Below, piece after piece: positions 1-11,945 of a stretch of DNA of 64,000 bases. How positions within the stretch are numbered: position 1 is the stretch's first letter; each line of letters starts with the position of its first letter. The notes under the pieces were generated by a model. That model was not told where the DNA came from. It saw only the letters and a program-made list of their open reading frames with translations, and ran no database searches. The DNA is from Octopus sinensis. Lineage: Eukaryota. Both the position numbers and the translations under genes were made by a program. The stretch covers positions 82,584,001 through 82,648,000 of the forward strand of contig NC_043002.1 of the NCBI RefSeq assembly GCF_006345805.1, read 5' to 3'.

Positions 1-955
1 ATTTAAAGTTGTGTTTTTTCTACTTTTACTCTTCTCGCTAATGAACAGAGGAGCTACGAAATGTAGCGACAGAGATTCCTAAAGGAGCCAATATTTGGTA
101 AATGGTTATGTGAAGTCGTTGCTGATCCGTCTAAAATATATTTGTAGATGTGACGTCATGACAAAATATTCTATGTTTGTAAACCACAGTCAAATTATAA
201 GTACATGATTGAAGCGATATTTAATATAATTCTTTTCTTTTTACCAAAGTTTTGGTAAGAAAAAATGTGATGAAATCTCGATGCTAACTTAACATATATC
301 TACTGCTTTCTCTCAGTTAACACCAGTGATCATTTCAAAAATAAAATACCTTACAGAAACCCTTTCCAAAGTGAAGTTGTATAATATTAAAAGGGAAAAT
401 AATATTTTTGCGCGATGTTTCCCCAAACAAGGCCCGTCTCCACTGCAGAGTAAGAGACTACAAAAATGGAAAAAAGGAGCCCACAAATTGAAAAGATATC
501 GATTGAGAGGAAGTTTAAAGAACTGAATATCATAGACCAAAGGAAAACAAAAGGATGATAGTAAGTTCCAGAGATCAGTGGTTTGAAGAAATAAGCTATT
601 AGTATGACAAGGCAAAACACTAATTTTTCTTTGTTTCTTCGTCACTTCTCCTATCTTCTATCTTCTTTATGAAGAAGAACCTAGAGTTCGAAACGTCAGA
701 CACTTCCATTTCTTTAATCTGTTACTGTGTCTTAAACTAATGAACGCACTTTGTATTCACTTTGTCTTCTTAATATTTTGGTCATAAATTTGTGTGTGTG
801 CAAATGTTTGACTCCCGTACCCCAACCATCACTACATTCGCTACCATCAAATAAATCAAACATAGTCAGACACCATCTCCTACTACAAATTATATGCACA
901 TGCTCACTAAAAGAACTCTCAATTTAATGAATATAAGTATAAGCAAATGCGTTAA

Positions 956-1764
956 TCTATATCTCTCTATATATAAACGGCAGTTTGTCTGTGTGTGTGT
1001 CTGTGTGTCTGTCAGGTTTTACCCTCACCCTGACCACGGCTTTCAACCTATTCTGATGAAACTTGACGCACACATAGCCCAATGTCATAATTCAAAACTA
1101 ACGCAGCGAAAATTTTGAAAAGTTCCCCCAGTTCTGAAAAAAAATCGATAAATTCGACATGGGTCGAGAATCTAAGCTTTTTATTTGCAACACGTTTTCT
1201 ACAGACTGTCTAGGGGACGCAACTCGACCTTTTTAACTTTCGGACCACGTGGGGTAAGTATCCCAAAATGTATAAAAATGTACAAAAACGGCAAAAAAGC
1301 GGGCAGCAATGTGAGTGACAACAACGAAAAAGTCAAAAGTGACCTAACTGAACAAACGAATGGAAAAGGTTTTTTGATGCACACGACAAAAGGTTTTATA
1401 ATAAACAAGAGTTTGCAAGTAGCGTCCGAGGACCCTTAGGGTACGTCAAAAATTTAAGGTAAAACGTTTGGGGTGGTAGTTATAAAGAAATTTTAAACAA
1501 AAAAGTAATTCGAATAACTTGCGGCTGCAGCAGCTATTAGCAGAAGTGGCGGTGTTGGGGTAAAGTCTCGATGTAATTTCTTCCTGGTAGGAATTGGTTG
1601 GGTTGAATTATCGATAGCTGTTTGATAGTTATTTGGGAGTGAGAGAAGACATTACAACCTACACACATCGCCTTCGTTCCCTAGAGGGAAAGGACTAGAT
1701 TGGGATTAGTCGTTGCCTACTAGGGCCTCTTACATACCCGGGCAACGCCGGGCTATGCTGCTAG
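956..1764 (+). mobile_element. Non-autonomous Helitron-like element
   Basis: Begins with TC after A (956, or 962), followed by a (GT/CT) microsatellite-like 5' part. Ends in hairpin CCCGG-GCAACG-CCGGG (1737-1752), then CTAG (1761-1764) followed by T. These are canonical Helitron termini at an A|T target. Confidence 0.75.
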
Positions 1765-2033
1765 TATTTTATATAATCATAGAAGTTTTATCATTCTGTG
1801 TCACATTTATTCAAAGGGGTTGAGTAATTATGATCAGCAAAAGTTTTGTTACCTGAGCAGTTGTGGTCGTCAACTAAAAGATGAATTCTGGAAACAAAGA
1901 GCCTACTCTTCATTTTCGTTTCGTTTAATCTGGTAAAATAAATCTTATTTCTTAAAAAGAAAACTTGTGAATTAACTAAAAATCCATTGACAAAGGTTGG
2001 ACAAAGAGTGAATATTACTCTATTCCATAAGAA

Positions 2034-2585
2034 AGGCGGTGAGCTGGCAGAAACGTTAGCACACGGGCGAAATGCGTAGCACTATTTCGTCTGCCGTTAC
2101 GTTCTGAGTTCAAATTCCGCCGAGGTCGACTTTGCCTTTCATCCTTTCAGGGTCGATATAATCGACTTGATCCGTTTGTCTGTCCTTGTTTGTCCTCTCT
2201 GTGTTTAGCCCCTTGTGGGTAGTAAAGAAATAGGTATTTCGTCTGTCGCCACATTTTCAGTACAAACTCCGCCGAGCTCGACTTTGCCTTTCATCCTTTC
2301 GGGGTCGATTAAATAAGTACCAGTTACGCACTGGGGTCGATATAATCGACTTGATCCGTTTGTCTGTCCTTGTTTGTCCTCTCTGTGTTTAGCCCCTTGT
2401 GGGTAGTAAAGAAATAGGTATTTCGTCTGTCGCCACATTCTCAGTACAAACTCCGTCGAGTTCGACTTTGCCTTTCATCCTTTCGGGATCGATAAATTAA
2501 GTGCCAGTGAAACACTTGGGTCTAAGTAATCGACTAGTCCCCTCCCACCAAATATAAGGCCTGTGCCTGTGCCTGTAGTAGAAAG
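2034..2585 (+). mobile_element. tRNA-derived SINE, family A (window label), composite with internal tandem duplication
   Basis: Head GGCGGTGAGCTGGCAGAAACGTTAGC with B-box-like GTTCAAATTCC; many near-identical copies elsewhere in the window. Confidence 0.8.
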
Positions 2586-3007
2586 GTTTATTTTATTCCA
2601 TAAGAAACTTTAATAAAAAGCAGAAGTAAATAATAGAAAATGAGAATGAAAAAAATAATAAAGTTAGACACATATTCTAAAATTTCGCGTCTATATTAGC
2701 ATTAAATTTTTTTTGTATGTGGCTAACATTAGTAACATCATATGACCTTGTCGGTGTTTACATTTACCGGATGTATCTAAATATACTTTTTGCCACCGTG
2801 AAAGGGTCGTCGAAAGATTAGGGTTTTATATAAATTGTAATGAAATATTTAATTTTAAAATTCAATATTTATTCTTTACAGTAAATTGGAAATCATTTGC
2901 TTTATTTACTTAACTTGGCCAACCATGATGACATATCCTTAACATACATGCATACATTCATACAGATACACACGTGCATACATATATGTACGTATATATA
3001 TGTATGC

Positions 3008-3064
<57 letters not shown>

Positions 3065-3319
3065 AATAAATGAATAAATAAATATATATATATATCGTGG
3101 CACTCTGTCAGTTACGACGGCGAGGGTTCAAGTTGATCCAGCCAACGGAACAGCCTGCTTGGGAAATTAACGTGCAAGTGGCTGAGCTCTCCACAGATAT
3201 GTGTACCCTTAACGTAGTTCTCGGGGAGATTCAGTGTGACACAGAGTGCGACAAGGCTTTGAAATACAGGTACTACAGAAACAGGAAGAAAGAATGGTGA
3301 GCTCTATATATAAAAGAAT

Positions 3320-3470
3320 GCAAGAAAATGGGACAAGAACGCAACAGGCGACAACAAGTCATCCAGATAGTTAGATGATACAATAAGGGACAAGAAAAAA
3401 CAAGGAAGGTCATTCGGAGTTTCCTTTCGTCAGTCGAGTTCCAGATTATCTTGCTGTTTCGGCTCTGATC
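3320..3470 (-). repeat. Short interspersed repeat, possibly a Penelope-like pLTR remnant; homologs at 31790-31922 (-) and 59355-59485 (+)
   Basis: The three copies share GCCGAAA..GAT(G/A)ATC..GACTGA(A/C)GA...GCGTTCTTGTCC, and each abuts a (TA)n tract. The Penelope assignment is inference. Confidence 0.5.
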
Positions 3471-3484
3471 TATATATATGTGTA

Positions 3485-3516
<32 letters not shown>

Positions 3517-4725
3517 ATAATTAATCAATATAGGGTGGACAAGGAAATTTGTAGAATTTAATTGCCACCAGCGGCCCAGTGGGAAAGAATTAAATAGTCA
3601 TAGACCATTTTTAAGTTCAACATTAACAATTAAGGAACGGCCTATAAGCCCATTCACACCACTGAAAATAACAGCCAAAGCTTCTACCGCAAATAAAGAT
3701 TAATTCCGTAAACAGAGAAAATTAAAAAAAAACTTTTACCCTGTAATTTCTTGTCGCGGTATACCGTTTTCATCTGCTGTTTAATGGTAAACTAACCTGA
3801 TTAAATTAAATCAAGCCAATCTTCCATAAGCCCTCAGATTCTTCAGCAAGAAATAGCTCAGTCGGAACAGATATTTACACGAGGCATACCCAATCCTGCC
3901 AAGGTAATATCTGACCTAAAATTTCAAAATCGTCGCACTCGCGCCAAATTTTATCGGCAGCTAATAAATATCAGCCGTCCGATTCCATTACGGAATTAAC
4001 CAGAAAATTCATAATTAATCAATATAGGGGGCAAGGAAAATTTTGTAGATTTTATTGCCACCAGCGGCCCAGTGGGAAAGAATTAATAGTCATAGACCAT
4101 TTTTAAGTTCAACATTAACAATTAAGGAACGGCCATAATAGGCCATTCACCCACTAGAAATAACAGCCAAAGCTTCTACCGCAAATAAAGATTAATATTC
4201 CGTAAACAGGAGAAAATTAAAAAACATTTACCCTGTAATTTCTTGTACGGTAATACCGTTTCATTCTGCTGTTTAATGGTAAAACTAACCTGATTAAATT
4301 AAATCAAGCCAATCTTCCAGCAGCCTCAGATTCTTCAGCAAGAAATAGCTCCAGTCGGAACAGATATTTACGAGGCATACCCATCCTGCCAAGTAAATCT
4401 GACCTAAAATTTTCAAATCGTCGCACTCGCGCCAAATTTATCGGCAGCTAATAAATCAGCCGTCGATTCCATTACGGAATTAACCAGAAAATTCATAATT
4501 ATCAATATAGGGTGGCAAGGAAAATTTTGTAGAATTTTATGCCACCACAGAGCGGCCCAGTGGGAAAGAATTAAATAGTCATAGACCATTTTAAGTTCAA
4601 CATTTAACAATTACGGAACGGCCATAATAGGCCATTACACCACTAGAAATAACAGCCAAAGCTTCTACCGCAAATAAAGATTACTTCCGTAAACAGGAGA
4701 AAATTAAAAAACTTTACCCTGTAAT
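3517..4725. repeat. Tandem repeat, ~490-bp unit, ~2.5 copies
   Basis: Unit start ATAATT(A)ATCAATATAGGG at 3517, 4011 and 4495; third copy truncated at 4725; flanked by (TA)n on both sides. Confidence 0.9.
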
Positions 4726-4764
4726 GTCTTATATATATTATAATATATATAGTATATATAATAT

Positions 4765-4797
<33 letters not shown>

Positions 4798-4826
4798 TTA
4801 TATATGTATGTATGTATATATATATG

Positions 4827-4858
<32 letters not shown>

Positions 4859-4871
4859 ATATATATATGTC

Positions 4872-4908
<37 letters not shown>

Positions 4909-5006
4909 ATATATATATATATATGTGTATATATATATATTTATATATGTGTATATATATATATATGTGTCTATATATATATATATATGTGGGTGTATAT
5001 ATATAC

Positions 5007-5087
<81 letters not shown>

Positions 5088-5099
5088 ATATTATATATA

Positions 5100-5184
<85 letters not shown>

Positions 5185-5200
5185 TAAAAATACACAGAGA
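4726..5200. repeat. (TA)n / (TATG)n microsatellite
   Basis: Directly visible; source of the spurious YI-repeat ORFs. Confidence 0.95.
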
Positions 5201-5219
5201 TGTGTGCATATGTATGTAT

Positions 5220-5766
5220 ATTATGTCTATAGTTATGTAGAGTGTGATTCCAATTTGAATATATGTATATGTGTGTGTATGTGTGTATGTGTGTGCGTGT
5301 GTCTGTGTGCGTCTTTGTGCACGCGCTTGCCCTTATATAGATATTTATGTATATCTTTGCTATTATGTTAAACTGCAGTATGTCGAAATTGTGCCAATGC
5401 GTTTTTCTTTTTTTTTTTCAATATTTATTTTTGCCTACAATAGTGGGTTCTTTTGGTCAAACTATCGTATCTCCAGATGCTTCAGATGCCAAGATGTAGA
5501 AAATTATCAAAGTGTAGTACAACGGTTTTGCTATGGAATGGTGAAACTATTTTTCGTTTTCTGAAAAAGCAACGTTTAGGACTTACAACACTTTTGCACA
5601 ATGTAGAACTCTCTCATGTCTACAGAAGTTGAGGGTTCGAGTTCTCGTAGTTTTCGACTCTTTCCATCCAAAATTTTTAAACCCCAATATTGTACACAAC
5701 TATTATTTATAGCTTTCTTCATTCAATCATATATATTGTTAAAAACGGTTTATTCTCTCTTCTCTC

Positions 5767-5823
<57 letters not shown>

Positions 5824-6105
5824 TATATAATATATATATATATTCACATATATATATATATATATAATATAATTTATTCACACATATATATATATTATAC
5901 ACACACATATATATATATATATACATAATATATAATATATACATATATATACATATATATATACATATATATACATAAATATCTATATAAGGGCAAGCGC
6001 GTGCACAAAGACGCACACAGACACACGCACACACATACACACATACACACACATATACATATATTCAAATTGGAATCACACTCTACATAACTTATAGTAC
6101 ATAAT
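5220..6105. repeat. Inverted duplication with ~135-bp arms (5220-5354 / 5965-6105)
   Basis: AGTTATGTAGAGTGTGATTCCAATTTGAAT...CCCTTATATAGATATTTATGTATAT recurs as its exact reverse complement about 610 bp downstream. Confidence 0.9.
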
Positions 6106-6269
6106 ATCCTACTTCCACCCTCTCTCTCTCTCCCTGCAACATTCCCGTATTTACTTACCTTCACACTCTCCATCACCCTTTTTCTCCCACTTTCCTGCAC
6201 GCCTTCTCCTATAACATCTCTTTCACGTTAGCAGACCGTGTTATTCTGCGCCCGTTATCAGTTGCAGCC

Positions 6270-6423
6270 AGGTTTTTCAAGCTGAGAGGATATAAACTCT
6301 GACTTTTTTCTCCTATTCTTCTCTTTTTCTCTGCCCCCTGACGAAGGATTGAATCCGAAACGTTGGATATTCCACTCCTCACGGCAAGTTCACTGTACCT
6401 CTTCACACTTTTTTCGATATTAT

Positions 6424-6425
<2 letters not shown>
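6270..6425 (+). mobile_element. Penelope-like element terminal (pLTR) remnant with hammerhead-like core at 6338-6364
   Basis: CTGACGA-A-GGAT(TGA)ATCC-GAAAC-GTT in a pyrimidine-rich context, ending at (TA)n. Confidence 0.55.
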
Positions 6426-6501
<76 letters not shown>

Positions 6502-7124
6502 GAAGGATACCATGCACTAAAAATGTGTGCGTAAGTAAAAGGGAGACAAGAAAACTGGACAATGGGAAAGTATGTAAAACTTCTTTGCTCTTTGAACCCG
6601 ATTCAATGTTGTATTGGCGCATTTCTCTCACGTGTAATTCGTGTGAAGAGAACCATCACTGAATTAGAGGACAATGCAATTAAACGCCTGTAGAGGAAAC
6701 ATGGGGGGATAACAAACAACAAGGGTTCTAGTCTCGCATTCGGACGTTTATTTTTTCTTCTTTTCTTTTCTTTTTTATGTCAACCGATTACCATTAAAAA
6801 TGTTATTGGTCAACAAAGTTCGCCTAAAATATCACGCATTGATATCGAATTTCAAACTATATGGTTGTGGTGTAATATTTATTTATTAGCCTCGCTATAC
6901 TTATACAGACATTTTAAATACACAGAATGCTTGTGTAAGTGTGTACATATACATACATACACACACATTATATATCTTTACATGTATATGTATATATGGA
7001 GGAGATGTCTTCCTGGGGCTATAAGCAACAGTAGCATCGTCCCCTATGGGTCCGCCACATTTAGGTGGCAAATATACTTCAAGATTCCGTGCTGCTACTG
7101 TCTCACTCAGAGATTTATTATTGG

Positions 7125-7183
<59 letters not shown>

Positions 7184-7292
7184 ATAATATATATATATAT
7201 ATAATTGTGTGTGTATGTATGTATTTATATATGCATGCATGTATACATATATATAGTGTGTGTGTGTGTGTGTATGTATGGATGTATGGATG

Positions 7293-7333
<41 letters not shown>

Positions 7334-7538
7334 TTATACACACACACATACATATATGAATGTATGTGTTATACATACATATATTTATACACTACATACA
7401 CAGACACACACACACATATATATCACACACTATATCTACATATATAATGTACTGTTCCGTGATGGTAAGATCAAAAAAAAAAGTAGTACTCTCCATCTGG
7501 TGATATATATATATATATTATATATATATATATATATA

Positions 7539-7584
<46 letters not shown>

Positions 7585-8529
7585 TCAGTTATATCAGTAA
7601 AACAATTGGACCACTTTAGCTCTCTGAAGGAATTTGTAACGTTGTAAGATTTCCTATCGGGGTTAACACAACACGATCAGAGAGTTTTATTGTAGCGGAG
7701 AAGAATAGAAAAACGGGGAAAAAAACTGGATCAGCCACGCTGTGCGTTCTATACGCAGTTCCCACGGGTTCAATTCTAGCCATAACTTGCCTGTTTAAAC
7801 ATTTGCTATAGTTTTTGTTGCTTATAAGATAAAGATTAAAAAACAAGATCAAAGGATATTGAAGTGAAATAAACTCTGCAAAAACATAATGAAAATAATA
7901 ACAACCCACTCCATCTTGGATATTTCAGGGGGTGTGGTCATGGTGTGGGTAAATAGTTTGTCTGTGATTGTAATTAAATTGGTTGGTTGTCGGAATTGGT
8001 CGTTGTGGTGGTGGTTCTCGTGAGGCTGCTGATTTTGTTGTTGAGGTGGTGGTATTTGTGGTCGTCTTGGTACTGGCGGCGGTGGTAGTGTTTAGTAGTA
8101 GTATAGTGATGACGGGGGTGGTGGATATGGAGGTTGTAGTAATGATAGTGGGGATTGCGGCTGTTGCTGCTGTTATAATGGTAACTGTGATGGTGGTGGC
8201 GGTAGGGGCGCTGGTGGTGGTTTCGTTGTTACTTGGGATGGTGTCAGTAGGTAACGTAAGAGGTATGGTTACATGTAGTGACCCTGATGTTTAGGTGGTG
8301 GTGAAAGAGGTGTTAGTGGTGATGTAGTAGTGTGGTAGTATAGTGCAAGTGGTTAGAGTATAGTGTTACAGTTTGTGTGGTAGTGGTGAGGTGACAATGA
8401 TGGTAGCTATAATCGTTTCGATGTTGCTTGAGTGTTAGATGTTGGGAGGTCGTTATCTTTTAACCCAAGGTCAGTTGTGATCCAGAAGACTTATTTTCAA
8501 AGGTATTCTCACCATGGGGGGGGATGGGA

Positions 8530-9300
8530 ATCTGCAGACAACCCAAAATTAAGTTGGTGTTGTACTCACAATCGTAAAATCGTGGTTTCGATTCCCAGAC
8601 CAAGCGACGCGTTGTGTTCTTGAGCAAAACACTTCATTTCACGTTGCTTCTTGAGTTCCGGCAATAGCTGGGAAGTTAACTAACCCTGCTATGGACTGGC
8701 GTCCCGTTCGCGAAATTTTTTCCCCACGAGAGTTCCGGACCCCAGTAACGAGCTCATTTGCATACAGCCAATCAGAGATCACCTTAACAAACACACTTCA
8801 CCAAGTAAGCTCAAGACGAAGAACGGTGTTGTAAGTCGACCGGTCGCCAAGTTGTGCCTGATTTCAGGAGACAAGTAATTAGATAGATTTGCATCTTTAC
8901 CTGTTATCGGATTTTGTTAGGGCCCCATATGGTAAAGATGTGGATGGGAAAAATGTGGGTAGAGGGTGATGTGCTAGCAACCCCTTACTGTTTTACAAAG
9001 TAAACAACAACACAAATAACTACACAGAGGCAACAGCCATGGTTGGAACAAGAACAAGAACAACAAGCATTATCAAAAGAGATAAGAAGCATGGTCATTC
9101 CTTACCCAAGTGACCTTATCTTATCCACCATCTCTTGTTATTCGCTTATAAATTAGTCTGATAGTTGAGCTCTGATTGGCTGTATGTAGGAACAAAAATT
9201 TTGCGTCCCGTTCAGGAGTTAGTGTTGTAATGTCAGTCCCTTATTCGACAGGGAACCTGGATTAAGATCCAGCCTTATGCGTTCTAGGGCCCGTGAAAAA
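8530..9300 (+). mobile_element. Degenerate tRNA-derived SINE (family C-like) interrupted by a MITE
   Basis: GTTTCGATTCCCAGACC B-box and ATGGACTGGCGTCCCGTTC motif shared with the 29622-29939 copy; sequence apparently resumes after 9213. Confidence 0.55.
8710..9204. mobile_element. MITE with 9-bp TSD (Mutator-like by TSD length)
   Basis: TSD GTCCCGTTC at 8701-8709 and 9205-9213; TIRs GCGAAATTTTT / AAAAATTTTGC; subterminal inverted repeat CATACAGCCAATCAGAG at about 8761-8777 and 9169-9185. Confidence 0.65.
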
Positions 9301-9319
9301 ATATGTATACAAGCATACA

Positions 9320-9510
9320 TCTATATCTTTTATGTTTTACTTGTTTCAGCTATGAGACTGCAGCCATGCTGGGGCACCGCCTTCAAGAATTTTTAGTCGG
9401 ACGAATCGACCCCAGGAATTTAATTTTTTCAAGCCTGGAACTTGTTCTTTCGGTTTCTTTGCCCAACTGCTAAGTTACGGGGATGTGAACACAACAACCA
9501 CCTATTGGTC
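9320..9510 (-). mobile_element. SINE family B, 3' half
   Basis: Reverse complement of ...GGGTCGATT..CGACTAAAA..GGCGGTGCCCCAGCATGGC..CAGTC...TGAAACAAGTAAAA, as in the 36810-37215 copy. Confidence 0.7.
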
Positions 9511-9564
9511 TAGTTGAGGGGGGTGGTAAATACATACGCACGCGCGCACGCGCACACGCACATG

Positions 9565-9617
<53 letters not shown>

Positions 9618-9702
9618 ATATATATATGTATGTATGTATGTATGTATGAGTATGTATCGTATATCCATATAATATATGTATGTAGTTATATATAGATATA
9701 TA

Positions 9703-9733
<31 letters not shown>

Positions 9734-9915
9734 GGTATATATACTTGGAAAAGGATGCGTGGCGTTCGATCATATAATAATATAAAAAAATATATAAATT
9801 TATGCATATATACATACATATATGTACATACCTATATATATATGTTTTTGTTTCTCATTGTGTTCAACGTTTTATACACACACACAACACACACACACAC
9901 ACACATATATATATA

Positions 9916-11232
9916 CAGGGTGTTTCAAAATTCGATATCATTTCGCAGTCTAATAACTTTGTCAGTTCTTGTTCAAATGACTTCAAATTTGAACAGCATG
10001 TTTAGAAACTGGACATGATTTTATGTTTAATGTTTGATATATTTATCTTTCCAGGTATAGAAATGACATTCACTGGAAGAGGAAAGGCGTTTTGTGTGTT
10101 GGAGTATGCTCGAACACAGTCGAACAAGACTGTGCAGCGTGCATTTGTGAGAGAGTTCTCTAAAAAGTCACTAACGGCAATGTAGATTTGGACATGGCAC
10201 AAAAAATTCAAAGAAGAAGGCTGTCTGTATAGAGCAAAAGGATATGGACGATCACTAACATCGGAAGAGACGGTAGAGCGGATTCACCAAAAACTCTTGC
10301 GAAGCCCCAAGAAGTCCATAAGAAGAATAAGTCTGGAATTCAGATTCCGCCAGCAACAGTTTGGCGCGTCCTGAAGAAACGCTTGCTAATGGAACCCTAC
10401 AAGCTGCAGATTGTTCAGGCCATGATTGCAGATGACAAGCGAAAGCGCAAATAATTCTGTGTTGATATGCAAAAGAAACTTGAAGAAGCTGAGTTCAAGG
10501 AGCGCCTTGTTTTCAATGATGGGTCCACATTTCATACGAATGGGAAAGTCAATAAGCATAATGTTCACATTTGGGGCGAAGAGAATTCCTATGCCATAGT
10601 TGAGCATGAGAGGGACTCACCGAAAGTGAATGTGTTGTGCGCCATCTCCAAGAAGCATCTTTATGGCCCGTTTTTCTTTGAGGGAAATGTTTATCTGCAA
10701 ATGCTTCAGAACTGGCTAATAGATGAGCTAATTGCAAATGAACAGGACGGGGCTCCACCTCACTGGGAGCTCACTGTGCGGGCTTATCTCAATGACAATC
10801 TGCGAGGGAGCTGGATTGGGCGTGCTGGTGATGAAGACGATGTGCTGCTGAAATGGCCGCCACGTTCACCTGACCTGACACTTATTTTTTTTTTTATCTG
10901 GGGTTATGTGAAGGGCCTGGTCTATGTCCCCCACTTCCTGCAAACCTAGAGGAACTCAAGCAGAGAATCACTACCGCACTGGAGATTGTTACCCAAGACA
11001 TGCTGCAGTGTGTTTGGGAGGAGCTGGACTACCGACTTGGCGTGTGCCGTGTCTCAGGCGGTACGCATATTGAAATCGTTTATGGAATTCACATACCTTT
11101 GAAGTTTTCATTCAAATTTGGAGGAATAAATCTTATGTTGCTCAACATTAAGCCTGTTTAGTTTTATTTGCTTTATCTATGTAGTTTCTGTGATATTTAC
11201 ATCTCAAATGATATCAAATTTTTGAAACACCC

Positions 11233-11234
<2 letters not shown>
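9916..11234 (+). mobile_element. Full-length degenerate Tc1/mariner transposon, DD41D (rosa/Visitor)-like
   Basis: TIRs CAGGGTGTTTCAAAATTCGATATCATTT (9916) and AAATGATATCAAATTTTTGAAACACCCT (about 11206-11233); TA at the left flank. Confidence 0.9.
10063..11090 (+). pseudogene. Transposase pseudogene (HTH + DDD domain) with frameshifts and stops
   Basis: Motifs VFNDGSTFH, GKVNKHNVHIWG, DSPKVNV, GPFFF, QDGAPPHW, WIGR, WPPRSPDLT, WGYVK; N-terminal AFCVLEYART..TVQRAF. At least 3 frameshifts and 2 in-frame stops. Confidence 0.88.
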
Positions 11235-11289
<55 letters not shown>

Positions 11290-11291
<2 letters not shown>

Positions 11292-11430
11292 CAGGCTTCT
11301 TTCAGTTCCCGTCTACCAAATTCACTCACAGGCTTTGGTTGACCCAAGGCTATAGTAGTAGAAGACATCGCCAAGGTGTCACGCAGTGGGATTGAACCTA
11401 GAACTATGTAGTTGGGGAGCAAACTCATCA
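11290..11430 (-). mobile_element. SINE family B, 5' part
   Basis: Reverse complement of GGTTCAATCCCACTGCGTGACACCTTGG..CTACTATAGCC..GGTAGACGGGAACTGAAAGAAGCC. Confidence 0.75.
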
Positions 11431-11892
11431 GCTGAAATATGTAAATAAGGAAACATTAAATAATTGGTTGATTAATTAAGTGTGATTGGCAATGACTTAA
11501 ATTTACAGGACTGATACGCTCTGACGACAGTGATGAGTAAAATACGTGTACGTGGGCAGCAATTAAACTTTTGATGGGCAGATATTATATAATCTACTTC
11601 ACTTAAGAAGGCGGAGACTTATCTATAGTTTATCGGTTGGTTTGTTCTTTCAATATACATTAATAAAACTATATTGATTGACACAAAGATAAATAAACAG
11701 TTAGACAAATAAACAAATAGAGAGAGAGAGAAAGAAGAGAGAGAGAGAGAGAGAGAGGCAGGCAGATAGACAGATAGAATAGATAGATAGATAGATAGAT
11801 AGAGAGAGAAATAGATAGAGATAGATAGATAAAGAGAGAGGTATATATATATTAATAGATAGATAAATAGATAGCTAGCTAACTGGAGGAGC

Positions 11893-11945
<53 letters not shown>

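Noticed and set aside
317-449. Candidate host exons with AG/GT boundaries (also 8901-8985 on -, 15090-15125 on -, 26096-26150 on +)
   Set aside because: Splice-like motifs are frequent by chance, the peptides are unrecognisable and no consistent gene model emerges.
2034-2120. tRNA-like heads as functional tRNA genes (all SINE copies)
   Set aside because: They have A/B-box-like sequence but no complete cloverleaf, and each continues into a SINE body.
3400-3470. CTGA(A/C)GA motif in the three-copy repeat (also about 31880 and 59390) as a hammerhead
   Set aside because: No consistent stem II or GAAA core across the copies.
4724-5371. 215-aa ORF, plus dozens of similar YI/VC/TH/ER-repeat ORFs across the window
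   Set aside because: These are translations of (TA)n, (GT)n, (CA)n and (GA)n microsatellites, with no coding signal.
7983-8294. 103-aa Val/Gly-rich hydrophobic ORF
   Set aside because: It derives from degenerate (GGT/GTA)n low-complexity sequence.
8891-8941. CATCTTTACC...GGTAAAGATG hairpin resembling miR-8/miR-200 precursor ends
   Set aside because: The seed TAATACT is absent and the inner region does not pair; it is only a 10-bp inverted repeat.
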